A stretch of DNA of 64,000 nt from Terriglobia bacterium (GTDB lineage Bacteria > Acidobacteriota > Terriglobia > 2-12-FULL-54-10), in the NCBI GenBank assembly GCA_963666975.2, contig CAXVYR010000004.1, positions 1,632,001 to 1,696,000 of the forward strand, given 5' to 3'. Shown in pieces: positions 50,806 through 60,741 of the stretch. Each line of letters opens with the position of its first letter. Position 1 is the first letter of the stretch. The position numbers and the translations under genes are program-made. The notes under the pieces were generated by a model. The model was not told the origin of the DNA. It did no database searches and was given only the letters and a program-made list of their open reading frames with translations.

Positions 50806-53706
50806 ATGACCCAAGCGAGCGAACTCGAGTTCGAGCTGAAAAAAGCGGTTCGGGGAGAGGTGCGCTTCGACGCCTACTCGCGCACCCTGTATTCCACCGA
50901 CGCCAGCATCTACCGCGTGGAACCGCTCGGCGTCGTGATCCCGCGCGACCGCGATGACGTCATAGCGGCGCTCGAAGTCGCCCGGCGGCATCAAGCGCCG
51001 GTTTTGCCACGCGGAGGCGGCACCAGCCTGGCGGGACAGGCCATCGGCCGTGCCGTCATCTTCGATTTTTCCAAATACATGAACCGGGTGATTGGGGTGA
51101 GTCCCGAGGAACGGCGCGTCCGCGTGCAGCCGGGCGTGGTGCTGGATGAGCTGAACGAGCAGCTTCGCCCCCACGGACTGTTTTTTCCTCCGGACCCGGC
51201 CAGCGCCAGCCGCTCCAGCATTGGAGGCATGATCGGAAACAACTCCTCCGGCGCGCGGTCCATCGTCTACGGCAAAACCGTGGATTACCTCCACAGTCTG
51301 CGGCTGGCCCTCTCCGGCGGCGAGGAGATTCAGACAAGATCGCTCTCGCCGGAGGAACTCGGCGCAAAGCGAAAAGGACAGAGCCGCGAGAACCGGATCT
51401 ACGAACAACTGCTCCGGCTGGCTGGCGAGAATCGCGAGGAGATCGACAGGCGGTTTCCGAAGATCCTGCGCCGCGTAGGGGGATACAACCTGGATGCTTG
51501 TCTCGAACCCAATCACATCAACCTGAGCCGGTTGATCGCCGGTTCGGAGGGCACCCTCGGCGTCGTCACCGAGGCGGAGATCACGCTGGCGGTCCGGCCC
51601 CGGGCTGCGGTGCTGCTGGTGGCGCACTTTCGGGAGCTGGCCGAGGCGCTGGAGGCCACGCAGGTGCTTCTCGAAACCGGCCCGACCGCGGTGGAGTTGA
51701 TCGACAAGATGATCCTCGATATGACGCGGGGCACGCAGGAATACCGCCGCCGCATGACTTTTGTCGAGGGAGACCCGGCCGCGTTGCTGGTGGTGGAATA
51801 CTCCGGCGAGGACCCCGGCGAGTTGGCGGCACGCCTGGACCATGCCGAAGCGAAGCTGCGCCGCGCGGGGATGGGGTACGCTTTCCTGAAGGCCGTCGAT
51901 GCTCCCTCGCAAGCCAACATCTGGAAAGTTCGCAAGGCGGGACAAGGTTTGCTGATTGGAATGGTGGGCGACCGCAAGCCGATCTCTTTTGTGGAAGACA
52001 CTGCCGTCGCTCCGGAAAAACTTCCGGCCTACATTGCGCGGTTTCGCGAGATCATCCGGGAGCACGACACCACGGCTGCCATCTACGCGCACGCCAGCGT
52101 GGGATGCCTGCACATCCGTCCGCTGATCGACCTGAAGCAACCCGCCGAGGTGCGGAAGATGCGGTCGCTGGCCGAGGCGGTCTCCGGGCTGGTGCTGGAG
52201 TTCGGTGGCGCATTGAGCGGCGAGCACGGCGACGGAATGGTTCGCAGCCCCTTTAATAAAAAAATGTTCGGCGCACAACTCTATGAAGCCTTCCGTCAGG
52301 TGAAGCGCGCCTTTGACCCGGAAGGGCTGATGAACCCCGGCAAGATCGTCGATGCCGCTCCCATGACCGAAAATCTGCGGATGACGCCCGCCCCGCCGTA
52401 TGAGGTGGGCAAGACCCGTTTCGACTACAGCAGCCAGGGGGGATTTGCGGGCGCCGTCCAAATGTGCAGCGGCGTGGGCGCTTGCCGCAAGCGCGGGGAG
52501 GGAACCATGTGTCCTTCTTACAGAGTCACCGGCGAGGAGGAGCACTCCACGCGGGGCCGCGCCGTGCTGTTGCAGGCGGCGCTCGACGGCAGTCTGCCGC
52601 CGGAGGAGCTCAGCTCCACTCGGATGTTCGAGGCGCTGGACCTGTGCCTGGAGTGCAAGGGCTGCAAGGGAGAGTGCCCGGCCAACGTGGACATGGCCAA
52701 ATTGAAGTATGAGTTCCTGGCGCGCTACTACCAGCGGCATCCGGTCCCCCTGCGCGTCCGTTTGTTCGGGGAGGTCGCCAGGCTCAATGAAAAGGCCTCG
52801 CGCTTTGCTCCGGTCTACAACTGGGCTATCGGGAACGGGCTGGTCCGCCGCGCGATGGAACGGATGGCGGGCATTGACCGCAGGCGTCCGCTCCCGACGC
52901 TGGCCCGGCAGAGGTTTTCCAGATGGTTTGCTGATCGGAAGGGAGCAGGCGGCAGCGCGACTCGTGGCACACGCCGTCCCGCGGTCGGCCTGTTTGTCGA
53001 TACCTTCACCGAGTTCCACTACCCGGAGGTGGGGAAGGCGGCGACACGGGTTCTGGAGGCTTTCGGGTATCAGGTCAGGCGTCTGGAGAGCGTGTGCTGC
53101 GGGCGACCCTTGATCTCAAAAGGCCTGCTCGACCGCGCCCTGGAAAACGCTCGCGCCAACTTGCAGGTTCTGGGGAAAGCCGCAGACGAGGGAATGCCCG
53201 TTGTCGGGTTGGAGCCGAGCTGCTTGCTGACGTTTCGGGATGAATATCTCGACATGGTTCCGGGGCCGGAGGCGCAGCGGATTGCCAAAAATACTTTTCT
53301 GCTGGAAGAGTTTCTCGACCCCGGCAGCCAGCATCAACACCCCAACCCGGCATGGCGTTTCCGGCCGCTGCGGCAACAGGGCTTGTTTCATGGCCATTGC
53401 CACCTGAAGGCGCTGGTGGGCAGCGAGCCTTCTTTGAGACTTTTGCGGAGCATTCCAGGCTTTGAGGTCCAGGAGGTGGACTCGGGCTGCTGCGGCATGG
53501 CTGGCGCTTTCGGATTTGAGAAGGAGCACTACGATTTCTCGATGGCAGTTGCGGAAACCAAGCTTCTCCCGGCCGTGCGGTCACTTGCTCCGGATGCGAT
53601 GGTGGTGGCCGCCGGGGTTTCCTGCCGCCAGCAGATCCTTCACGCTACCGGCCGCCAACCGCTCCACCCCGCCGAGGTCTGCGAGCGGGCTTTGATCTCA
53701 TCCTAA
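50806..53706 (+). CDS. FAD-binding and Fe-S-binding oxidoreductase (GlcD/GlcF fusion, YdiJ-like)
   Basis: YSTDASIY, RGGGTSLAGQ, GSEGTL, SGEHGDG, CLECKGCKGECP, CCGMAG. Confidence 0.93.
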   Translation: MTQASELEFELKKAVRGEVRFDAYSRTLYSTDASIYRVEPLGVVIPRDRDDVIAALEVARRHQAPVLPRGGGTSLAGQAIGRAVIFDFSKYMNRVIGVSPEERRVRVQPGVVLDELNEQLRPHGLFFPPDPASASRSSIGGMIGNNSSGARSIVYGKTVDYLHSLRLALSGGEEIQTRSLSPEELGAKRKGQSRENRIYEQLLRLAGENREEIDRRFPKILRRVGGYNLDACLEPNHINLSRLIAGSEGTLGVVTEAEITLAVRPRAAVLLVAHFRELAEALEATQVLLETGPTAVELIDKMILDMTRGTQEYRRRMTFVEGDPAALLVVEYSGEDPGELAARLDHAEAKLRRAGMGYAFLKAVDAPSQANIWKVRKAGQGLLIGMVGDRKPISFVEDTAVAPEKLPAYIARFREIIREHDTTAAIYAHASVGCLHIRPLIDLKQPAEVRKMRSLAEAVSGLVLEFGGALSGEHGDGMVRSPFNKKMFGAQLYEAFRQVKRAFDPEGLMNPGKIVDAAPMTENLRMTPAPPYEVGKTRFDYSSQGGFAGAVQMCSGVGACRKRGEGTMCPSYRVTGEEEHSTRGRAVLLQAALDGSLPPEELSSTRMFEALDLCLECKGCKGECPANVDMAKLKYEFLARYYQRHPVPLRVRLFGEVARLNEKASRFAPVYNWAIGNGLVRRAMERMAGIDRRRPLPTLARQRFSRWFADRKGAGGSATRGTRRPAVGLFVDTFTEFHYPEVGKAATRVLEAFGYQVRRLESVCCGRPLISKGLLDRALENARANLQVLGKAADEGMPVVGLEPSCLLTFRDEYLDMVPGPEAQRIAKNTFLLEEFLDPGSQHQHPNPAWRFRPLRQQGLFHGHCHLKALVGSEPSLRLLRSIPGFEVQEVDSGCCGMAGAFGFEKEHYDFSMAVAETKLLPAVRSLAPDAMVVAAGVSCRQQILHATGRQPLHPAEVCERALISS

Positions 53707-53832
53707 GGTCGTCATCCTAAAAGGCCTCGAATTGCTATGGTTGCCTCACAAGGTCAGCAGCCGTCCCAAAAGGAAACAGATTCAGCGCAGCAGATAGGTC
53801 AATCGGGAGAAGCGTGGCGGGGAGGTTCCTGC

Positions 53833-54126
53833 TTACGAGCGTTTGCGCTGATAGTGTCGTTCCATGTATTGCTGTATATCCTGCTCGCCGATATTCAGGC
53901 GGGATTTGGCGAGCGACTCTTGGGTTTCGATATCCAGTTCCTTCTGCAATAGCTCAAAGCAGATCGATGGGCCGTCCTGATATTGCAAGGAGGTCGAGCG
54001 AAACAAATCCAATGGAACCTTGACAGTGAACTGGCGGGATTCCCGCAGGGCGTCAATCACGAGGAAATTATAATCGCGAGAAGCGCGCGCAACAACCAAA
54101 CCATCATACTGTATTAGGATACTCAT
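53833..54126 (-). CDS. Hypothetical protein
   Basis: 97-aa ORF downstream of the RRM gene, with AAGGA RBS. Confidence 0.6.
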   Translation of the reverse strand: MSILIQYDGLVVARASRDYNFLVIDALRESRQFTVKVPLDLFRSTSLQYQDGPSICFELLQKELDIETQESLAKSRLNIGEQDIQQYMERHYQRKRS

Positions 54127-54280
54127 CCACGCATCCTTGAATGATCGGCGAATGATCAGCTTTGCGGCTTCCGTTCGACGGCAGCCAAATTCTGCTGGGT
54201 TGCCATCGGCCTCTCAGAGAGGGCATTGGGGGCGACTTCCGTCGCCCCCAGAGGAAATTTTGTTGGAATTTCGTTGCTTG

Positions 54281-54634
54281 CTACCAGCGCGGTTCGCGTG
54301 ATTGGTAGCCGCCGCCGCCGCCGCCACGACCGCCGCCGCCACCACGACCGCCGCCGCCGCCGCCGCCGCCCCGCGGCCCGCTGCGCTCCGGCTTGGGACG
54401 CGCTTCATTCACGTTCAAGGCTCGTCCGTCCAGTTCCTTGCCATTCAACTCCGTGATTGCCTTGGTCGCTTCACCGTCATCGGCCAATTCCACGAAAGCG
54501 AAACCGCGGGCCCGTCCCGTATCGCGATCCGTCATCACCTGGAGGCGCGTGATCTCTCCATACGGCTCAAAGATCGACCGCAGTTCATGTTCCGTGGTTT
54601 GGAAACTCAGGTTTCCTACAAATAAATTCTTCAT
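54281..54634 (-). CDS. RRM RNA-binding protein with Gly-rich tail
   Basis: LFVGNLSF (RNP2), RGFAFVE (RNP1), VNEARPK, REPRW. Confidence 0.95.
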   Translation of the reverse strand: MKNLFVGNLSFQTTEHELRSIFEPYGEITRLQVMTDRDTGRARGFAFVELADDGEATKAITELNGKELDGRALNVNEARPKPERSGPRGGGGGGGGRGGGGGRGGGGGGYQSREPRW

Positions 54635-55288
54635 TCTCTTTTCTCTTTTCTCCTTAAGTTTGCCGCACCGCTCTTGTGAAGCGGTCAGGTCAGCCGGCCA
54701 TAGAGCGGGTTGCACCGTAACGGCTATTGGCATTTGATGGAGTCAACTAGGCAGGAAGCAAACGACAGTTGTGAATGGTTTCAAGCGAACCGACTTTCTC
54801 AAATACTCGGTTTAGTATGGCAATGTTTGCCGCTAACACCGCGCGAGACGAAATTGGGGAAAAATGAAGGGTGCAGAAACTATGTAGTTTTTCGCAGGCG
54901 TGGGAATAATAGAGGATACAAGCTGGCCGCAACCTGACCGTCGGGCCGTCGCTTACGGAAATGAATCTACTCCCCCCTTCCGAGCGCCGGAGGCGGACCC
55001 TTTCCGGAACTTCTCTTATCCCAGCTTCGACCCGGTATAGGCTGATTCGGAGCGCGCTATAACGCCCGCGCAGCCCGGAGGGAAAATTTTTACCGAAGGG
55101 ATCAAGGATCAGGGACAAATCAAGCCGAGGCCCGCGCAGATCCTATTCCTACCATACGTAACGTCACAATGATGTGCGCACCTCACGAAGAATGATCTTG
55201 CTTTATGGACCTCGCGATGCGGTTTACGCTCAATTATCTATGTCGCCATGTATAGTTACAGCATTTTACGGATTGATGTATAGGGGTT

Positions 55289-55387
55289 CGTCAGGGCACG
55301 ACTTCAGTCGTGCCGCAACGAGGCCAGCCATCAGGGGTTTTAACCCCTGATGGGACCCGATAGAAAAATATGAACCGCAGCGGCTAA
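55289..55387 (+). repeat. REP element (GTCAGGGCACGAC-TTCA-GTCGTGCC; TCAGGGGTTTTAACCCCTGA)
   Basis: Same family as the clusters at 26604, 45200 and 46282. Confidence 0.7.
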
Positions 55388-55812
55388 AGAGTCTGTGTGA
55401 AAACCCCTCTTAACTGATCTCGTATAATGCACCGCAAGGAGGCGCGATGAAATAGTTGACTGACAACCCCAAACAAGGCTATCTGCTGCCGCCCAGCGTG
55501 CGAGACGTACTCGGAGAAGGGCACGTTAGTTTCTTTCTGCACCGAGCCGTGGAGCGGTTGGACCTGAGCACATTCGAGCAGGGATACGTCGAGCAAGGAC
55601 GCCCGGCCTATCACCCTGTCCTGCTGCTGAAGGTGTGGCTGTATGCCTCCGTGTTGGGGCTCACCTCGGCGCGGCGGCTGGAGCAACGGATTCGGGAAGA
55701 CCTGGCGTTTCGGTATCTGGCGGCAGGAGCGGATTGAGAAACCAGAAGGTATGCTGTTATGCATCAGCGGGTTCGTCCCAAAACAAAAATCGGAGGTTTT
55801 TACACAGACTCT
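55388..55812 (+). mobile_element. Non-autonomous IS1182 derivative (internally deleted)
   Basis: IRs AGAGTCTGTGTGAAAACC / GGTTTTTACACAGACTCT. Transposase N-terminus only, with an early stop (ATG AAA TAG) then YLLPPSV..GRPAYHP..SARRLE. Confidence 0.85.
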
Positions 55813-55837
55813 TTAGGCCCTGGCGTTGGGGGCCTTT

Positions 55838-56155
55838 CTAAGTATTCCTCGCCTGCTGCGCCAGCGCGGCTCGCAACTCTTCTAAGAACCGCCCGAAATT
55901 TTCAAGCGGCTCGCCTTCAGCTTCAACCTGCTTTGACTTGTAAACAAACATTGGGCGGCCTTTGCGCTCCACCAGCAGGGCGATCTGCCCGTCGAGAAGA
56001 TACCCGGCCGAGCTGAACAGCTTCACTCCGCCTTCCGGTGTGGGCTCCAGCAGCGCAGCGCAGTTGTACTTCTCCACGGCCATGTGACGCGGGTAGGCCG
56101 GAAAGCTGCGAAAAGTGAAACCCCGCTCCAGGAGGTTTTCCAATATCTCCATCAC
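55838..56155 (-). CDS. Hypothetical protein
   Basis: 105-aa ORF co-oriented with the radical SAM gene. Confidence 0.65.
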   Translation of the reverse strand: MMEILENLLERGFTFRSFPAYPRHMAVEKYNCAALLEPTPEGGVKLFSSAGYLLDGQIALLVERKGRPMFVYKSKQVEAEGEPLENFGRFLEELRAALAQQARNT

Positions 56156-56219
56156 GTATCACTCTAATCCTGGCTAATCCTGGTTCCAAATCCCCGGACT
56201 ACACTACGGTGAGTAGGGT

Positions 56220-57287
56220 CTAGGCGGGCTGGAAGTCGCGCGCGTCCCGGAAGGGAAGGCTCGGATCATCGAAGTCCGGGCGGTAATAGTCCGGGGCGTC
56301 CGACTCCAGCGGCTGTATCCAACCATTTTCAAATCCAAGCCGGTCCACGATCTCTAGCGCCTGTTCCCACTCCCGTGGACGAATCTTGCGGTTCAGCAAC
56401 GGGAACAACTCCTCGCCGCTCCGCCGGGCGGCCTTGCCCACCTTGTGCGTGGGATAATATTGCGCCATCAGGCTCAGCGTTACGCGAGGGGAGAGATGAT
56501 CGTGTATCCACTCCAGGCTCTCGCGGATTCCGGCCAGCTCGTTCGGCAGCACCAGCAGCCGGATCACCAAGCCCCGGCGCAGGAGTCCCTGCTCAGCTTC
56601 ATCCATCACAACCTTGTCGCCCACCTGGCGGTACATCTCCCGGATGGCGGCGCGGGCGCTCTCGACGTAATGGGGTATTTGGGAGTACTCGCGGGCCACG
56701 CTGCTGGAGCTGTATTTCAGGTCGGGCAGGTAGATGTCGAAGATTCCCTCCAGTTGCCGCAGCGCCTCCACGCTGTCGTAGGCGTTGGTGTTATAGATCA
56801 GAGGAAGACGCAGGCCGCCGGCGACTGCGAGGTTCAGCGCCCGCACAATTTGCGCCGAAAAATGGGTGGGGGAGACGAAGCCGATGTTGTGGCAGCCCTG
56901 CTCTTGCAACTCCAGCATCATGGCTGCCAGCCGCTCGAAGCTGGTTTCGCCCGACTGACGGAAGTTCTGGCTGATCTGCCAGTTTTGGCAGTAAGAGCAC
57001 CGCAGGTTGCAGTGGCCGAGAAAGATGTTTCCGGCTCCTTTGGCCTTCCCTGCCTCGAGATGAGTTCCGCTGAGCGCAGGCTCTTCCCCGAAGTGCGGCC
57101 CGTAGGAGGAGACAATCGGCAGATAGCCGGCCACGCATACCTTTGTTTCGTTTTGAATCCGGTTCACGCGGCAGTCCCACGGACACAGCGTGCAGGATTC
57201 CAGCATCTGCTCCAAGCGGTCGGCGCGCCGGGCCAACTCACCGCTTTCTGCCAGACGAAGGTAAGATGGAAGGATTGGGTCAGACAT
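56220..57287 (-). CDS. Radical SAM protein (PflX-like)
   Basis: CTLCPWDC, HFGEEP, CNLRCSYCQN, YLPDLKY, MAQYYP. Confidence 0.92.
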   Translation of the reverse strand: MSDPILPSYLRLAESGELARRADRLEQMLESCTLCPWDCRVNRIQNETKVCVAGYLPIVSSYGPHFGEEPALSGTHLEAGKAKGAGNIFLGHCNLRCSYCQNWQISQNFRQSGETSFERLAAMMLELQEQGCHNIGFVSPTHFSAQIVRALNLAVAGGLRLPLIYNTNAYDSVEALRQLEGIFDIYLPDLKYSSSSVAREYSQIPHYVESARAAIREMYRQVGDKVVMDEAEQGLLRRGLVIRLLVLPNELAGIRESLEWIHDHLSPRVTLSLMAQYYPTHKVGKAARRSGEELFPLLNRKIRPREWEQALEIVDRLGFENGWIQPLESDAPDYYRPDFDDPSLPFRDARDFQPA

Positions 57288-57596
57288 CAACGCTCCAGAC
57301 ACTAACGCTCAAAACATTAACGCTATTGTAACATGAGCTTTGCTCCTCTCCGGAGCCACGCTCCACCTGCGCCGGCCCGAGCGCCAGGCAGAACTTTGTA
57401 TGGAGACGGCTACGGCCAAAGATCTAACTATTTTGAAATCAGAAACTTTCGTATGGCAGCCGGGCTGCGTAGCCGTACCGGAGGCATTCGTCGCAAGGAT
57501 TGCCGACTTGCCCCGCGCGGCTCGCCACAATGCGGCTCAGTGGCGAAAAAATTGAACGAGACTTGCGGCGCGATAGTGGTGTAGAATAAAGGGGAG

Positions 57597-57613
57597 TTGC
57601 GACTCATTATCAA
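57597..57613. promoter_or_regulatory. Fur-family operator-like box
   Basis: TTGCGACTCATTATCAA, with a perfect ATTATCA half-site, 70 bp upstream of the metal RND cluster. Confidence 0.55.
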
Positions 57614-57682
57614 TAATAGTTACACATCAGAGTGTGACCTGGAGATATTGCTGGAAGTGTCAATTTCAGGGGGAGGTTCTAG

Positions 57683-58294
57683 ATGAAGAGTGTTGTCACC
57701 GGCGTTTTTTTCTTGTGCATGGTGGTTATAGTCATGGCCGGTCAAGCTGCCGCTCAGGAGCAACCGGGCGAGGCAGAGCAGGCTCCCATTGATCCGAAAG
57801 TTACATCAAGGGTGACGCTGGGAAGCAGTTCGGGGACGCCAGGCACGTCGCTCGTAGTTCCCATTTACTTTACGCCGGCTGAAGGTTTGCAGGTAGGACG
57901 ATTGAAGCTGGATGTGAACTTCGTCAGCACCAACCTCAAATTTAGCAAGCTCGATGCCGGTATCGCCGCCGAGCTGGGAAACGTGACTATAAACACCGAC
58001 GTGCAGGTGGGCGAGAATGAGGATGGATTGGAGACTACGACGCTGGCGATTACGGCGTCGTTTCCCCCGGGGGAGCCACCCGAGAAAGGAATCCCCGCAG
58101 GTTTGCTGGGCTATTTGACCATGCGGATTGAGGAAGACGGACGGGCCGCCAGCATCACCCTGCGCACTAGCGCGGAGGGTTCCTCATTAGGCTCGAACGA
58201 GCCCCTGAAGGACCTGCGATCCTTTGACGCCACGGTGGATGTTCTCGCGCCGGGCACACAGCCGCTTGTTGCTTGCTTTTTTTTCACCCATTAG
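57683..58294 (+). CDS. Secreted beta-sandwich (cohesin-like) hypothetical protein ending CFFFTH
   Basis: GGAGG RBS, signal peptide, beta-rich sequence. Confidence 0.7.
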   Translation: MKSVVTGVFFLCMVVIVMAGQAAAQEQPGEAEQAPIDPKVTSRVTLGSSSGTPGTSLVVPIYFTPAEGLQVGRLKLDVNFVSTNLKFSKLDAGIAAELGNVTINTDVQVGENEDGLETTTLAITASFPPGEPPEKGIPAGLLGYLTMRIEEDGRAASITLRTSAEGSSLGSNEPLKDLRSFDATVDVLAPGTQPLVACFFFTH

Positions 58295-58327
58295 CGGAAG
58301 ACGGAGGGTCCTGCCTCACGGCTGCCG

Positions 58328-59125
58328 ATGGCCCTATATTCCTGCATGAGCAAGATAACTATTCAGGCGATGGTTCCTGCCAGGATTTCGCTTCGGGTCA
58401 TTCTGCTTCTTGTCATGGGAGCAGCGGGCTCGCCCCTGTGTTTGCGGGCTGCAGATGCTCCGGCTGAGCTGACGCTTTCTCAGTTTCGCGCGCAGGTCCG
58501 CGAGCAAACCCCGCCTGCAAAGCAGGCCGATTCCACCAAGCGTGCCGTGGAAGTGTTCCTTAAGTTGGTAATTGCGCAAGGCAGGGAAGCTGCGGCGCGG
58601 CAGAATCTCGACCGGCTGTCCGGGTGGCACGAGGCGGCACAGGCGCGCCTGGAAACGCAGAGCATCCCTCCGCTGGAGGTGGAAATATTGCGCTTTTCCG
58701 AAGCCAGCGCTGCCGCCCGGGCGGCACAATTTCAAACCGAACGTCGCAGGGCTTTGCAGCAGGCCAACCTCTTGCTCGGCAGAGCCCCGGACGCCTCCCT
58801 CGTGGCCCTGACGCAGGCAATTGCCGTAACAGCTTCGGACAACATAGGCGAACAGTCCGGCATCCCACTTCTTAGTGGGGAGCAGCCGGCGTCCCCGCAA
58901 ACACAAGAAGAATGGGAGGATTTCGCCAGCCGCATAGCTCAGTTCGAGACAGAGTTGCTGCCGCAGGGGCGCGATTTGCTGGCCAAAATGTACCAGAGCT
59001 ATTTGCTGGGCGGCACCCGGCTGAGCGCTCTGCTGAGACAGGAAAGCGAAGTTTATCAGACGGAGTTACAATATAGGCTGCTGTTGGTGGAAGCGGAAAG
59101 GATGCTTGCGCCAACACAAAGTTGA
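58328..59125 (+). CDS. Short TolC-like / helical outer-membrane factor-like protein
   Basis: Helical, with SYLLGGTRLSALL resembling TolC repeat ends; RND context. Start uncertain. Confidence 0.55.
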   Translation: MALYSCMSKITIQAMVPARISLRVILLLVMGAAGSPLCLRAADAPAELTLSQFRAQVREQTPPAKQADSTKRAVEVFLKLVIAQGREAAARQNLDRLSGWHEAAQARLETQSIPPLEVEILRFSEASAAARAAQFQTERRRALQQANLLLGRAPDASLVALTQAIAVTASDNIGEQSGIPLLSGEQPASPQTQEEWEDFASRIAQFETELLPQGRDLLAKMYQSYLLGGTRLSALLRQESEVYQTELQYRLLLVEAERMLAPTQS

Positions 59126-59223
59126 CCGGAGTTGACCATAACCCTCCGCGAACTCGGCTTCATCGGGAAACAAACCCGCCGGACCGTTCGGCAGGAATTT
59201 GGTCAAAGAGCAGGGAATGTATA

Positions 59224-59805
59224 ATGAAACATGGAATGAAAACCACGCCACGTTTTGTTCTCGCTTTGTGTTTATTGCTTTGCTTGCTGCCGGGAAGTTC
59301 TCTGCTGGCCCATGAAACGGGCTTCCCGGAGGAGACCCTGAAGAAAGTCTTTCCGGAGGCCACCGGTTTCACACTCCGCAAAAAGACCTTGACGCCAGGC
59401 CAGTTAAGACAAGCCGAGCAACTCTCCGGCAGCAAGGTGCAGCGCAACGACAATCCTTTGTCCCTCTATGTGGCGCTCGGCAAGAGTGGAGATGGTTCCG
59501 GCGTGTTGGGAACCGTATTGATGCTCGATACCCGGGGACCCATGGGGGGGATCGACTTGGCGGTCGGCTTCAAACGGGATGGCAGTGTCAACCGGGTGGT
59601 TGTGGTTGAAAATGCCGATGATCCCGGCCTCGGCTCAGCCGGTTTCCTGGACCAGATTCAGGGAAAAGGACTAGAGGCTGATTTGTCGGTGGGTCAGGAT
59701 ATTCAATTTTCCGGAGACGCCAAGTCCGCCCAGGCTCTTCTGAATGCCGTGCGCCGGGGCCTGTACTTTTTGGAGGCGGCCGGATTGATGTCCGCAGCGA
59801 AATAA
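59224..59805 (+). CDS. Secreted FMN-binding-domain-like protein
   Basis: LKKVFPEA, GPMGGIDLAVGFKRDGSVNRVVV, FLDQIQGK (RnfG/FMN_bind-like); signal peptide. Confidence 0.7.
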   Translation: MKHGMKTTPRFVLALCLLLCLLPGSSLLAHETGFPEETLKKVFPEATGFTLRKKTLTPGQLRQAEQLSGSKVQRNDNPLSLYVALGKSGDGSGVLGTVLMLDTRGPMGGIDLAVGFKRDGSVNRVVVVENADDPGLGSAGFLDQIQGKGLEADLSVGQDIQFSGDAKSAQALLNAVRRGLYFLEAAGLMSAAK

Positions 59806-59817
59806 GAGAAATAGAAA

Positions 59818-60741
59818 ATGCAAAGGGAAGAAAAAAACAGGAAAGCCAAGAAAGCAAGGTCCGCCGCAATGCCTGCTGGTGGCAGCCTGCGCCCCCGCTG
59901 GACAGCGGGTTTCCGGTCATGGGCAGGTTGCGCGGGTCTGTTGGTCTTCGGGAGTTTTTTGTTTTCCGGCGCCGCCAGCGGAGCGGAGCCGGCAACAGTT
60001 TTAGGGGAAGTGGTTCCTCTTCCCGACACAGTGGTGGAGGTCCAGTGCCCCGCCGCCGGGCGAATCATATCGCCGCGGGAGAAACCTCTTACGGTGGGGG
60101 AAAAGGTGAAGGCCGGGGACCCGCTGGCAGTCATCGAGCACCATTTCGTATTGCACGATGCCGCCCACCTTTCCAATACCCTCTGGAATCTGCTGATCGC
60201 CATGCTGGATGCCCGCGGGGTTGCCTTGGAAGCGAGGATCAAGCGGGAAAAAGCGGAGCGCCTTCTCGGGCTCGGCAGTGTCTCCGGCCAGCAGGTGCAG
60301 GAGTTGCGTGCCGCCGAACTGGTGGCGAAGGCGGAGTATGACAAACGCAGGACGCTGCACGAACAGCAGGATTCACAGCTCCAGAAGACGGAGTTGGTGC
60401 GCCGGGGAATCTTTTCTCCCATCGACGGAGACGTCAGCTTCACGAACTTCACGCAAGGCCAAGTCGTCAACGAGGGAACCCTGTTGTTCCGGATCGTCAA
60501 TATGAAGGAAGTCGGAGTCTCCGCGCGCTTTGCAGAAACGGATCGCAACCGCCTGCGGCCGGACTCGACCGTCAGCGTTCGTTTTGACAACGTGCCTGGA
60601 AAGGTCTTTACCGGCCGCCTGGAAGTGGTGCCGCCCGCGGTCAATCCGGTGACGCGCACCTGGGACGTTCTGTTTCGCGTGGAAAATCCCGGCGAATATC
60701 TCCGCTTTGGGATGATTGGCCGGGTGGAGTTGTCCCTATGA
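59818..60741 (+). CDS. RND efflux periplasmic adaptor subunit
   Basis: GEKVKAGDPL, SPIDG, VNPVTRT, LRFGM. Confidence 0.88.
   Translation: MQREEKNRKAKKARSAAMPAGGSLRPRWTAGFRSWAGCAGLLVFGSFLFSGAASGAEPATVLGEVVPLPDTVVEVQCPAAGRIISPREKPLTVGEKVKAGDPLAVIEHHFVLHDAAHLSNTLWNLLIAMLDARGVALEARIKREKAERLLGLGSVSGQQVQELRAAELVAKAEYDKRRTLHEQQDSQLQKTELVRRGIFSPIDGDVSFTNFTQGQVVNEGTLLFRIVNMKEVGVSARFAETDRNRLRPDSTVSVRFDNVPGKVFTGRLEVVPPAVNPVTRTWDVLFRVENPGEYLRFGMIGRVELSL

Noticed and set aside
50683-53019. Long antisense ORFs (also 42343-44214, 34969-36636, 14446-15738, 59703-61190, 62651-63919)
   Set aside because: Shadow frames of well-supported genes in GC-rich DNA.
54308-54370. GCC trinucleotide tract
   Set aside because: It encodes the ordinary Gly-rich tail of the RRM protein.
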